NCBI GenBank assembly: GCA_028280785.1
Contig: JANQLF010000116.1
Coordinates: 87,377-151,376 of the forward strand
Direction of reading: 5' to 3'
Source: Planctomycetota bacterium
Lineage (GTDB): Bacteria; Planctomycetota; UBA11346
Length of the DNA stretch: 64,000 nt
The translations under genes and the position numbers were made by a program. Below, piece by piece: positions 45,401 to 53,212 of the stretch. The first letter of the stretch is position 1, and every line of letters starts with the position of its first letter. Below the pieces are notes generated by a model that worked only from the letters and a program-made list of their open reading frames with translations, was not told the DNA's origin and searched no databases.

Positions 45401-45892
45401 TGGATGCATGAATTTAACAGCAATGCGCCGATCTAAATTATTATCTTTGACAGCAAATACTTGCCCAGTAGCACCAGTGCCAAGTAATTTAATAATTTCA
45501 TAGCGACCGGGAACACCACTTTCATCTAAACGTTCTGCGGCTTCCTTTTCGCTAATCGGAATCATTTTTTCGAAGATGTCGGACTCAATTTCATTGTCCC
45601 AATCTTCTTCTTTTGTTTCACTTTCGCGTTCAAAAGAGTCTAAGGTGCTTGGATAAAAATCTAAAAACTTTTCACCAAGCGTATGGTCGTCTAGTGTTTC
45701 TAATAATAAATCTTTTAATTGTTTATCGACGATTGGACTGTTGTCGTCGTCTTCAGCGAGGGTTCGCGTTAAGTCGCCAATAGTCTTAGCATTGAACTCA
45801 TCATCGGTGATGGTTTGGGCCAGCGCTTTCTCGTAATTTTTACGAAAACTATCCGGATCAGATTCAGTAGCAGACTTAATAGAAATTGTCAT
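42413..45892 (-). CDS. membrane Ser/Thr protein kinase, paralog of the downstream kinase (same architecture)
   Basis: 1159 aa. It has LGTGATGQVF, IAVKF, AHNDIKPGN, LLDWGTS and GTPMYMSPEQ, a TM helix (IMVIILCAIMVGVFGYMIY), and matching beta-sandwich and TPR-like regions. It overlaps the next kinase by 8 nt. Confidence 0.9.
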   Translation of the reverse strand: MTISIKSATESDPDSFRKNYEKALAQTITDDEFNAKTIGDLTRTLAEDDDNSPIVDKQLKDLLLETLDDHTLGEKFLDFYPSTLDSFERESETKEEDWDNEIESDIFEKMIPISEKEAAERLDESGVPGRYEIIKLLGTGATGQVFAVKDNNLDRRIAVKFMHPKDVMNPRKNERFLDEAAVTAKLDHPNILPVHNLDYTDGAVPFFSMRLADGLPLEDIIPKKNYFKGNNIDILLKKINIIYKVCEAMAYAHDKKIAHNDIKPGNIMIGEYGDVLLLDWGTSTTEAQRNKENAKILGTPMYMSPEQARKEVSDEISDIYCIGSTFLHLVTGRFPLYSDDAETFWNLKCDGFYQKLNAEERQRIPPRLAAIIEHCIEPDREKRYQSINDLLADLNAFQKGEPVSVYQDPIADQLKRIYRKNKKTIMVIILCAIMVGVFGYMIYLEKLKELSEWKPIYNENFDNYSTNKLASEWKLIYIPGWNYNNLTELDLKDEKVFRIEDGKLQGISGNFTGAVNLRSTTRSAGNLKVSWEITPSNTAHDMNMFIGGNDRFNAYLFHIGGFGRIDQVRLTKYRSVQSLDIYTFEEALKPFTTYKFTAQKIGPKVQLFIDDKLIIDYTDPIPYVGPQHETFGFEMTQNHPHALDNIRVWDQPLPQKISPIIIGDDYFSHGHFQLSLNTYDDIRTTYTNSDMAPIALFRSAQCLIELEKPIDARIRLKQFMSQYPDHEYVIHALINLCGLYLNVDDWDSLHSALTKYSEQFKNRSELRWLHNAISDAIQKKHGISRDMREVDDVITPVKSAHKEMDLYNNLIGQITEKENMNFYRNLIGVLKARGHLDEILALYGESKTTVGILIRMGNLDKATAISPTGQSVIRAHIINGNWSYVKPLLYRPDINWNNIINSKEIAELVAPHADKPHYCHELLNKPEPKSPEEILAEEPHNFEALVQLGYFEKAKESYEKKLTSYTPSWKYAQLLSVMGKEDEVINSTNQDHSGVTKTKAYATKALRLWMKGDREMALEIFKQAQVYQGKELSDYIGFRIAPIILRWHVGMIDDKGLRKELEMLGDNYGETLKLTIKYMLGDLSESEFINAPAVKNNNLADAKIVTEPELQLRSLNALIARDYKKALALFIEQEYTYDMDRQLLRQYFIDELSKRVKND

Positions 45893-46416
45893 AATCAGCT
45901 GATTTTATTTAGGTTACGTATGTCCTTGAGGGGGTTCAAGCGCCATTCACCTATTTGTCGTAGGAGTTCATGAATCGATCGTTGATTATGCATCCAATGC
46001 TTATTTATTTTGACACATTGTCCGTCTGCAAAATTAAAAAAACTTCAATGTATGACACAATCTGAGTAGGCTAAAAATGCTCAGCACTGCGCTTAACAAC
46101 CTGAGTGATTGATCGAGACCAGTAGGCTCAGTGCTTATGGTACGTTATTGAAAGTGGCAATTGATTGAGTGACTATAAATGAGGGCTAAACATCTATCAT
46201 ATACTGACTTAGTGCGTTTGCTCGTAGCCGTGCTGTATTTACATAAAGATACAAGTTTGTGTTCCAAAGGTGTGTGCCGCAGTCCTTAATTTTGGATGAT
46301 TTTAAAAGTGTGAATTTGCCGTCTGTGCAGGTCTAGCTACCAAGGGAGCAATACGCTGTAGACCTAAAACAGTTCCGGGCTTGCAGCACTCTTAGTGTCT
46401 TGCAATAGTCCAGGCA

Positions 46417-47799
46417 ATGGCACAGACCTTTGCGTGTCCACATTGTGAGGCTACGTACCGTGCGCTGCCAACTCTGGTAGGGCGTAAGGTGCGTTGTAGC
46501 TCGTGTAAAAACGTATTTCAGTTACAACATACCGGTATTGCTATTAAAATTGGTGAGGACGGTAAAAAATCCGATCCCGCACTCGAAAAACAAAAAGGTG
46601 CACTTGAAACTAAAAAACCGGATGCAGGCAAACAGGTAGGGGCCGTTCCGCAAAAACAAACAGCAGCCGCAAAAACGCGACCACAGACCCGAGCGATACG
46701 ACGAAAAACCGAACGTATTCAAAACATGCGCTCATCTCTTCAAGAAGCAGCGCAGCAGGCCTTGCAAGTTGAAGAAAAAGTTGCTTCTGAACGCATAGAA
46801 AAGAAAGACCTACGAAAACCTTCGAAGGCGAAAGCCAAGCGTGTAACTGATAGTCATGTTGTCACCTTAAGCGGTGCAGCCGAAACCGAACAAAAAGTCA
46901 AACGTTCAATGGGTTATATCCTATTAGGTATTGTAGGCTTTTTTGTTTGTGTGTATTTCCTCATGGGTAGCCAATCTCCTCAAGAACAAGCCCTATCGGA
47001 CTTCTCCCAACCTATCGAAGATGAATATTTAAAACATCCGCTACGCATGGATGGCTATGGTAAGCGCTTGTGGCGAACTAAACGTCAGTTTAACGAGCCG
47101 GTACCGATTGTCTTGAACGTGAATAGGGCGACGTGTGCGAGTGTTGTTAGTTATGAATGGCCAGAGGTGGTTGCCTTTATGGCCAAGACTATCGAGAAAA
47201 TGCAAGTCTATGATCTGTTGCCAATCTGGATTAATCCAGGTGATAAAGAGCGCATCGATAAATTATGGAAAGACTTTCCAAATAAAACTAATATAGCAGA
47301 GTTTTATGGATTACTTAAAAAAGAGGATGTTAAATATTATGCAATGAATGAATTGCCGAGTTTAATGCTTAATCAAGGAATTCCGCAATCGGTGGTCTAT
47401 GTGACTAGTATGTTATTACTGCCTGGTCTACCCCAGGAAAATAATGAAAAAATATTTGGCGGAGATATGCCGATTGAATTATTAATAACCGAATTTAATG
47501 GTGTCAGTGGTAGCCGATTATTTGACTCTGGCGCGGCATATGACATAGAAACATTGCCGCATTATTCGGGTTTATTGGTTGGTTTTACTGGTATTTCGGG
47601 TGAATCAGGTGAATATTGGAAAATATTGGATGTGCGCGTTGCTAAAAATATGAGTTACTATTATGAATTAGCAGAAAACCCATTAATTAAATATGCAAAA
47701 ATAAAAAGCCAATCACTGCGCGTAAAAATGCGCCAGCAAGCGGAAGAAGATGGATTAATCGATCCTTTTACCGGCGAATTAATGGATCCGAATAATTAA
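46417..47799 (+). CDS. zinc-ribbon (MJ0042-type CxxC...CxxC) membrane protein with unknown C-terminal domain
   Basis: CPHCEATYRALPTLVGRKVRCSSCKNVF is the zinc ribbon. A K/Q/A-rich linker leads to one TM (ILLGIVGFFVCVYFLM), followed by about 270 aa in which I recognised no motif. Confidence 0.7.
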   Translation: MAQTFACPHCEATYRALPTLVGRKVRCSSCKNVFQLQHTGIAIKIGEDGKKSDPALEKQKGALETKKPDAGKQVGAVPQKQTAAAKTRPQTRAIRRKTERIQNMRSSLQEAAQQALQVEEKVASERIEKKDLRKPSKAKAKRVTDSHVVTLSGAAETEQKVKRSMGYILLGIVGFFVCVYFLMGSQSPQEQALSDFSQPIEDEYLKHPLRMDGYGKRLWRTKRQFNEPVPIVLNVNRATCASVVSYEWPEVVAFMAKTIEKMQVYDLLPIWINPGDKERIDKLWKDFPNKTNIAEFYGLLKKEDVKYYAMNELPSLMLNQGIPQSVVYVTSMLLLPGLPQENNEKIFGGDMPIELLITEFNGVSGSRLFDSGAAYDIETLPHYSGLLVGFTGISGESGEYWKILDVRVAKNMSYYYELAENPLIKYAKIKSQSLRVKMRQQAEEDGLIDPFTGELMDPNN

Positions 47800-47858
47800 A
47801 TTAATTGCATCAATAAACATCAGACCTCTGTGTCTAAATTATTATTAAAACACGAGTA

Positions 47859-47906
47859 ACAGTAAATAAAACATACATGTATTTACTGTCCGGGCGTCCG
47901 GATTTT
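47859..47906 (+). terminator. double hairpin with terminal U-tract
   Basis: ACAGTAAATA-(11 nt)-TATTTACTGT forms a 10-bp stem. It is followed directly by CCGG-gcgt-CCGG and TTTT (47903-47906). Confidence 0.6.
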
Positions 47907-47938
47907 GCAATTTATGCGTCTCTATTGCGGATGTGCAT

Positions 47939-48469
47939 ATGGATCAAATTGAACAAATTATTCAACGATATTGTGATGGCGAATGTAGCCCTGAAGAATC
48001 GAGCGCGGTGCAAAAGCTGATTGAACAAGACCAAGAAGCACAACGCATCTATCACTTTTTAACATCACTCGATAACGACCTACTCGACCTGCCTTTGGTC
48101 GATCCAGAACCCCAAATTGAACACATCATGAGTGCGATACCGGAGTGGACACCATCCCGGCATGTGCGTATCAATACTGGCTTTATAGCTGTGATGGCGC
48201 TATTATGCGGTATGGCTCTGACGACAATTGGAATCCATTATAATTCAGATGGTAGTTCCATAAGTACGCTCATGATAGTGACTTGTATGTGTGTCTTGGG
48301 ATCGGGACTGGCTTTGGTCCTGAGTCTGCCCGGACGCAGCCCAACGCTTCAACTCATCAAACGTGCCTTTAGTCGTTCTGTAGACTTTACTTACATGCAA
48401 TCAACGAGTTTACGCTGCGCTGCAGTCTTATTGTTGGTTCTGGCTATCTGGACTTGGAGTGGGGTATGA
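47939..48469 (+). CDS. membrane protein with anti-sigma-like N-terminus (no adjacent sigma factor)
   Basis: The track start at 47933 is GTG; ATG 47939 gives 176 aa. QRYCDGECSPEESSAVQKLIEQD resembles the anti-sigma N-terminal helix but lacks the zinc ligands. It has three hydrophobic helices and is ATGA-coupled to the next gene. Confidence 0.55.
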   Translation: MDQIEQIIQRYCDGECSPEESSAVQKLIEQDQEAQRIYHFLTSLDNDLLDLPLVDPEPQIEHIMSAIPEWTPSRHVRINTGFIAVMALLCGMALTTIGIHYNSDGSSISTLMIVTCMCVLGSGLALVLSLPGRSPTLQLIKRAFSRSVDFTYMQSTSLRCAAVLLLVLAIWTWSGV

Positions 48470-49059
48470 ATCTACTGCGCCGTGGCTTTACCTTGATCGA
48501 AATGCTGGTGGTAGTAGCCATCATTCTCCTCTTGGCATCACTGTTGGTGCCGGCGGTCATGGGTTCACAAGAGTCATACGACAAGATGGCTGCTACCGAC
48601 CTAGTTGGTGGCTTGCTCATCGCCCTGAATATTCAAAAGCTCGAATCCAAGGGATACCCGTTACCGGATAATCAAGAAAGCACCAATAAATCCGACGCCG
48701 GTTACTACATCGGTGTTTTTCGTTATGACCGTAGTGATAAAAATCCGGGTTTGGTTAATCGCCTAGTCGAATCACAAAAATTTTCCTTCGATGCAGCCAA
48801 TATGCTGAACGATGATAATATTTTAATTGATGGCTGGGGGAATCCTATTCATTATGTGTTAGGTAATGCCGCTAACAGCAAAAATTTAGCAAGCTATGAC
48901 GACACTAAACCGCAAGATTTGAATAAACCAAAATTTGCTGACGTAGCACCATTAGAATCTGATTGGAATACCGGAGACATAGCTGGTTACCCTTATATTT
49001 ATTCCGAAGGCGCTGATGCGGGCGCTGGCGATGAATCATGGATTTATCCAAAGGATTAA
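48466..49059 (+). CDS. GspG-like major pseudopilin (prepilin-type N-terminal cleavage/methylation domain)
   Basis: GGAG SD precedes the start. MNLLRRG|FTLIEMLVVVAIILLLASLLVPAV carries the cleavage site. DGWGNPIHYV matches the GspG DPWGNPY motif. 197 aa. Confidence 0.85.
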   Translation: MNLLRRGFTLIEMLVVVAIILLLASLLVPAVMGSQESYDKMAATDLVGGLLIALNIQKLESKGYPLPDNQESTNKSDAGYYIGVFRYDRSDKNPGLVNRLVESQKFSFDAANMLNDDNILIDGWGNPIHYVLGNAANSKNLASYDDTKPQDLNKPKFADVAPLESDWNTGDIAGYPYIYSEGADAGAGDESWIYPKD

Positions 49060-49061
49060 TT

Positions 49062-50162
49062 ATGCGCCGACAACAACAGGCATTTACTTTAGTAGAATTA
49101 CTCGTGGTCATGGCGATCATGGCATTATTGGGAACGATGTTGTTTGCGATGATTGGTAGTGCTGATGATAAAAATAATGAATTGGAAACCGATTTATTAA
49201 TTTCACGTTTAGTCGCAGCCTCAGAACAATTTGAAAATTTAACGGGCGATATCGCTCTGCCAACGGGTGATCGTACCGATCCCTTAAGTGGTTCTTGGTA
49301 TCCAAGCTCAAATACTGGAACTTGGGAGAATCAGCAATTATGGTGGCGTTTTAGCACCGAGATGACTGATGCTGATCGAACAGCTGCAGAAGCCAATGCA
49401 TTGACTGAAGATATTAAGGCGGATCCCTATCAAAGTGAAAGTTATTTAAAAAATAAATATCCAACACTCAGTGGTTGGCAGCGCATTGCAAAAAAAGAAG
49501 AAGCACTTGACGTTGTTTCTGATGCTGAGGCAGATGATTATAAAGGAACGCACGCTGGCTCTTGGGGTACCGTTACAAATGCCACTGCCTTAGCGAATGG
49601 GGCAAGCGGTGATGTCCCTGATCCTTATGATGGCCATTTTACCAAGCGCGGTACGGTGAAACGCAAAATCTTACTAATGCGCGGTGCTATTGCGCGTGAC
49701 ATCGGTATGCGCAAGTATCAAACCATGCCGATACTTGAAGTAAATGATATCGGCAAAGATTTTCTTGAAGATGATACCGTCAAGGATTTATGGGGTAATC
49801 CACTGATTTACATAGCCCATTCAACACGTGGTGTGAAATATGTAAAACCTTGGAGATGGGGCTGCAATGCCTTGGCCATCGGTGCAAACCCAGGTGGGCG
49901 AATTGAAGTAGACGACCGTAATCAAGATGGTGTGGCAAACGATAAAGATTGGATCGTCGAGCCGACTGTGAATAAAAAAGGTGACTGGGATGAAAGTGGT
50001 GCCATCGATTCAGATGATTGGGATAATATGTTGTATAATGCGCGCCCGTCTAACGGCCGTGGTGTTTATATAGCGAGTGCTGGTGAAGACGGTTTGTTTG
50101 ACTGTCGTCGCACCCAACCAGTCAACGAAGATAACATTGAGAATAAACTCGAGGACCAGTAA
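49062..50162 (+). CDS. enlarged GspG-like pseudopilin (366 aa)
   Basis: AAGGA SD precedes the start. It has QQQA|FTLVELLVVMAIMALLG and a second copy of the G-type motif (DLWGNPLIYIAHS), with an SAGEDG tail. About 200 aa are inserted between the N-terminal helix and the G-core. Confidence 0.75.
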   Translation: MRRQQQAFTLVELLVVMAIMALLGTMLFAMIGSADDKNNELETDLLISRLVAASEQFENLTGDIALPTGDRTDPLSGSWYPSSNTGTWENQQLWWRFSTEMTDADRTAAEANALTEDIKADPYQSESYLKNKYPTLSGWQRIAKKEEALDVVSDAEADDYKGTHAGSWGTVTNATALANGASGDVPDPYDGHFTKRGTVKRKILLMRGAIARDIGMRKYQTMPILEVNDIGKDFLEDDTVKDLWGNPLIYIAHSTRGVKYVKPWRWGCNALAIGANPGGRIEVDDRNQDGVANDKDWIVEPTVNKKGDWDESGAIDSDDWDNMLYNARPSNGRGVYIASAGEDGLFDCRRTQPVNEDNIENKLEDQ

Positions 50163-51482
50163 ATGTTGAAAAAAGCATTTACGCTTATCGAAATGCTCGT
50201 CGTGGTGTCCTTGATTGGATTGCTATCGACAATGATAGTGTTCTTGTTCGAAGACTCTGCGGAAGATGCGCTGAGTAAAAGTGCCCTTGAATTAAAATCG
50301 GTAATGGATCGGGCGCGCAGTTTGGCGATCAAAACAGGTCGTATGCATGCGGTTGCCTTTCATGTCGAAAATGCCGGTGATGGAAGTGTCTTAAAAAACT
50401 TTTCTGAAGTTGATGATGAAACATTTCCAGGACGTCATTGGTATTGCATCATCGGACCAGACTTCTCCAACGTTGGAACAACAGCGGGTTGGAGTAGAAG
50501 TTTAACCAAGATACCCGTCGCTAACGATGGCCAAAATGGCAACCTTTTATCTTTTTATAGCTTGTCTGATTACATTGAATGCATGAAGAGTGTGCAAGTT
50601 GGGCCGCGTCATTATTTATTGCCTGGCGTGCGTTTTTTAGCCCTTGGTGATGAGGATAAATTATATTCAGGTTACTCACATGCGACGTATCCACGACCAT
50701 GGTTTGGTTATTATGATGATACGACGAATACCTTACATCCGTGGGGAGCTTGGGATCCAGATATAGACACCACCTTTCAATTCCCAAGTACCGGTTTGGA
50801 TTATCAGGGTGAGGATCAATTACCGACTTATTATGCACCCTACGATACGCTTATAAATCCAACCGAAGTGTGGGGTCGCATTCATCCCAATGCAACCGCA
50901 CCTGATATGGAATTTGTTACTGATGGTAGCGAGGATAGATCCTGCAATATTTATCGCGGATTTGTTCAAGGATTCATTGGCCCTGATACCTATTACTTAG
51001 CGTCTACCCCAACGCGTAAAGTACCACGCCCATTAATTAATGCCTATTGGGGTGATTTTATGATTCTCTATGATGCTAAGGGTACAGCGCGCACTGTTGT
51101 TGGTGATGGTCGCGATACCTATTTCGATGCGATTAAATGGTATAGTGGTCGTCACAGCGACCGTGGTTCAAGCGCTAATTTCGGTCGACGTGACATGGGC
51201 ATCGGCAATAAAGTTGATTACACAGGTGGCTTTTATGTAACCATCTGTCGCGATATTGAAGATCACGAACAATTATATTCAGAAATTAATAGCACGACAG
51301 GTGCCTTTGATTTTACCAAATTCAAAAGTGTTGAAGATGCATTAGAATCGATAACGCCATATAAGCGCATATTTGTGTGGCGAGCGACCGGCTTCTCTGA
51401 GATACGCGATATGTCGCATCCACAATGTCAGATCGAAGCTGATGACTTGCTCCAAAAGGATCCGTTCCCCAATGGCTATTAA
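50163..51482 (+). CDS. enlarged GspH/FimT-like minor pseudopilin (439 aa)
   Basis: MLKKA|FTLIEMLVVVSLIGLL is followed by ELKSVMDRARSLAIKTGRMHAVAF, a GspH-type pattern. The start directly abuts the previous stop (TAAATG). Confidence 0.7.
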   Translation: MLKKAFTLIEMLVVVSLIGLLSTMIVFLFEDSAEDALSKSALELKSVMDRARSLAIKTGRMHAVAFHVENAGDGSVLKNFSEVDDETFPGRHWYCIIGPDFSNVGTTAGWSRSLTKIPVANDGQNGNLLSFYSLSDYIECMKSVQVGPRHYLLPGVRFLALGDEDKLYSGYSHATYPRPWFGYYDDTTNTLHPWGAWDPDIDTTFQFPSTGLDYQGEDQLPTYYAPYDTLINPTEVWGRIHPNATAPDMEFVTDGSEDRSCNIYRGFVQGFIGPDTYYLASTPTRKVPRPLINAYWGDFMILYDAKGTARTVVGDGRDTYFDAIKWYSGRHSDRGSSANFGRRDMGIGNKVDYTGGFYVTICRDIEDHEQLYSEINSTTGAFDFTKFKSVEDALESITPYKRIFVWRATGFSEIRDMSHPQCQIEADDLLQKDPFPNGY

Positions 51483-51909
51483 TCGACTCGGGCGTACGAG
51501 CGAGGGTTTTACCCTGATCGAAGTAGCTATGTCGATTGCTATTTTGAGCTTTGGTTTAACGGCTATTTTAATTGTGTATTTAACCTCACTACGTTGGGCT
51601 GAGGAAATTCGTATTGATTTAACCAGTTTGCATTCAGCTCGAGCTGCTATTTATGACGCCGGTGTCTTAACCGATGAATTTGATGTATCGGCAGGTTTTG
51701 ATAACTCTGACACGCCGGCCAGTGGTTATGTCAATGATTATTATATTGTGCGCACCTATACTGAAGATCCATTCGCAACGGGCCTAGCAACAGCAGGTAC
51801 CTATGTCGATGTTGAAGTAAAAGTGTATTACGGCGGAACCGATTTAACCGGTCGCTTGGTACAAACGATCAATTGTTCGCAAATTATTCACTCGGATTAT
51901 AATCCATGA
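51472..51909 (+). CDS. GspI-like minor pseudopilin (145 aa)
   Basis: The internal ATG 51472 gives MAINRLGRTSEG|FTLIEVAMSIAILSFGLTAIL. The track start at 51373 lies inside the previous gene. Confidence 0.65.
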   Translation: MAINRLGRTSEGFTLIEVAMSIAILSFGLTAILIVYLTSLRWAEEIRIDLTSLHSARAAIYDAGVLTDEFDVSAGFDNSDTPASGYVNDYYIVRTYTEDPFATGLATAGTYVDVEVKVYYGGTDLTGRLVQTINCSQIIHSDYNP

Positions 51910-53204
51910 TGCAATCTCGAGCAGCGTTTACGATAATTGAAATTTTAGTCGCGTCGACTTTGTTTACGATGCTGATGGGCGTGGCTGCATTTGCCTTTCA
52001 ACGTTTAAATGAAGGCGGTCAGTATGCTCAGCGAATTATCGAATTACACGAGCGTTCAGACAGTATTATTCGTTTGATGGAGGAAGATATGCGCGCCTTG
52101 CAACAGACCGTTGCCATCCATATCGATACCGACAGTGCTTTGCGCTCATTTACATTTATGCGCCAAACTACCAATCAAAATGATGCTGGTTTTGGTGGGA
52201 ACGATATTGTAGGAAGTTTAACTGGTCTTGGCCAAGAAGAAGCACAACGCGGTGATGTGTCGTGGGTCAAATGGCAGTGGGGTGATGGTGATATTAAGCG
52301 CGCCATTTCACGTCCACATTTTACCTTTAATGGTTGGACCGGTGATCGACGTTACACTGATAATACGAAGCAATATATTAAAAATGTGAATTTTGCCACA
52401 TCTGGTACAGCCTATTACGGTATGCATCGCAACGGCATTACACCGACACCGCAAAAACAGTTTTTATATTTTTATGGCAATGGCAATTTTAGAACAGTTA
52501 ACAGCGATGGTTCGGTTAACGCACAACCTGGTGATCAAATTCATGTTTATAAGAAAGTGGCTGCTACTGATTTTAATGGTAATAATTGTGTGCACTTTGA
52601 TGAATTAACCAGTAAATGGCGAGTGGATAATGATTTTAATCATTGGTATACGACCTATTTGGTTGGTAATGATGAGCAGCTTTCTAATCAAGCTTTTGCC
52701 GTGATGAATGCTGATGGCAAGACCTTTAATAAAGATCGATTAAACCTCGAAGGTTGCGATGATAATGATGGTAATGGTAATTACTATTATCCAGACCGTA
52801 CACAGGCTTTGTTTACTGGTGTAGAATTTATGGAAATAAAATTCTTTAAACGCAATGGTACAGAAATTGATGCTGGCGATGATGATGACACGATTAATGA
52901 CGGTGCGACAACAATAGATATCAATGGAATAGCAGACGACGCCAGTGGTGTTGGTATAGAAAAACGACCAGTTGTATTACGCATTACCTTTTTACTGCAT
53001 TCGATTGACCGTAATGAAATCGATGAAGGCGACTACGATAATGACGGTGATGACACGGAGTACTTAGTACAAGCGGTGAGAGATATGGTTGCAGCAGAAG
53101 GACTGGCAACTCGTCAGGAACAAATTGATTCATTTAAAAAGCATGCGCAAGGTTTGAGCGCATCGAGTGTTGTTGTTAATTATGCAATTAAGTTGGGGCT
53201 ATAG
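51906..53204 (+). CDS. enlarged GspJ-like minor pseudopilin (432 aa)
   Basis: It is ATGA-coupled. MMQSRAA|FTIIEILVASTLFTMLMG is followed by IIRLMEEDMRALQ, a GspJ-type helix. Confidence 0.6.
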   Translation: MMQSRAAFTIIEILVASTLFTMLMGVAAFAFQRLNEGGQYAQRIIELHERSDSIIRLMEEDMRALQQTVAIHIDTDSALRSFTFMRQTTNQNDAGFGGNDIVGSLTGLGQEEAQRGDVSWVKWQWGDGDIKRAISRPHFTFNGWTGDRRYTDNTKQYIKNVNFATSGTAYYGMHRNGITPTPQKQFLYFYGNGNFRTVNSDGSVNAQPGDQIHVYKKVAATDFNGNNCVHFDELTSKWRVDNDFNHWYTTYLVGNDEQLSNQAFAVMNADGKTFNKDRLNLEGCDDNDGNGNYYYPDRTQALFTGVEFMEIKFFKRNGTEIDAGDDDDTINDGATTIDINGIADDASGVGIEKRPVVLRITFLLHSIDRNEIDEGDYDNDGDDTEYLVQAVRDMVAAEGLATRQEQIDSFKKHAQGLSASSVVVNYAIKLGL

Positions 53205-53212
53205 GTGATACA

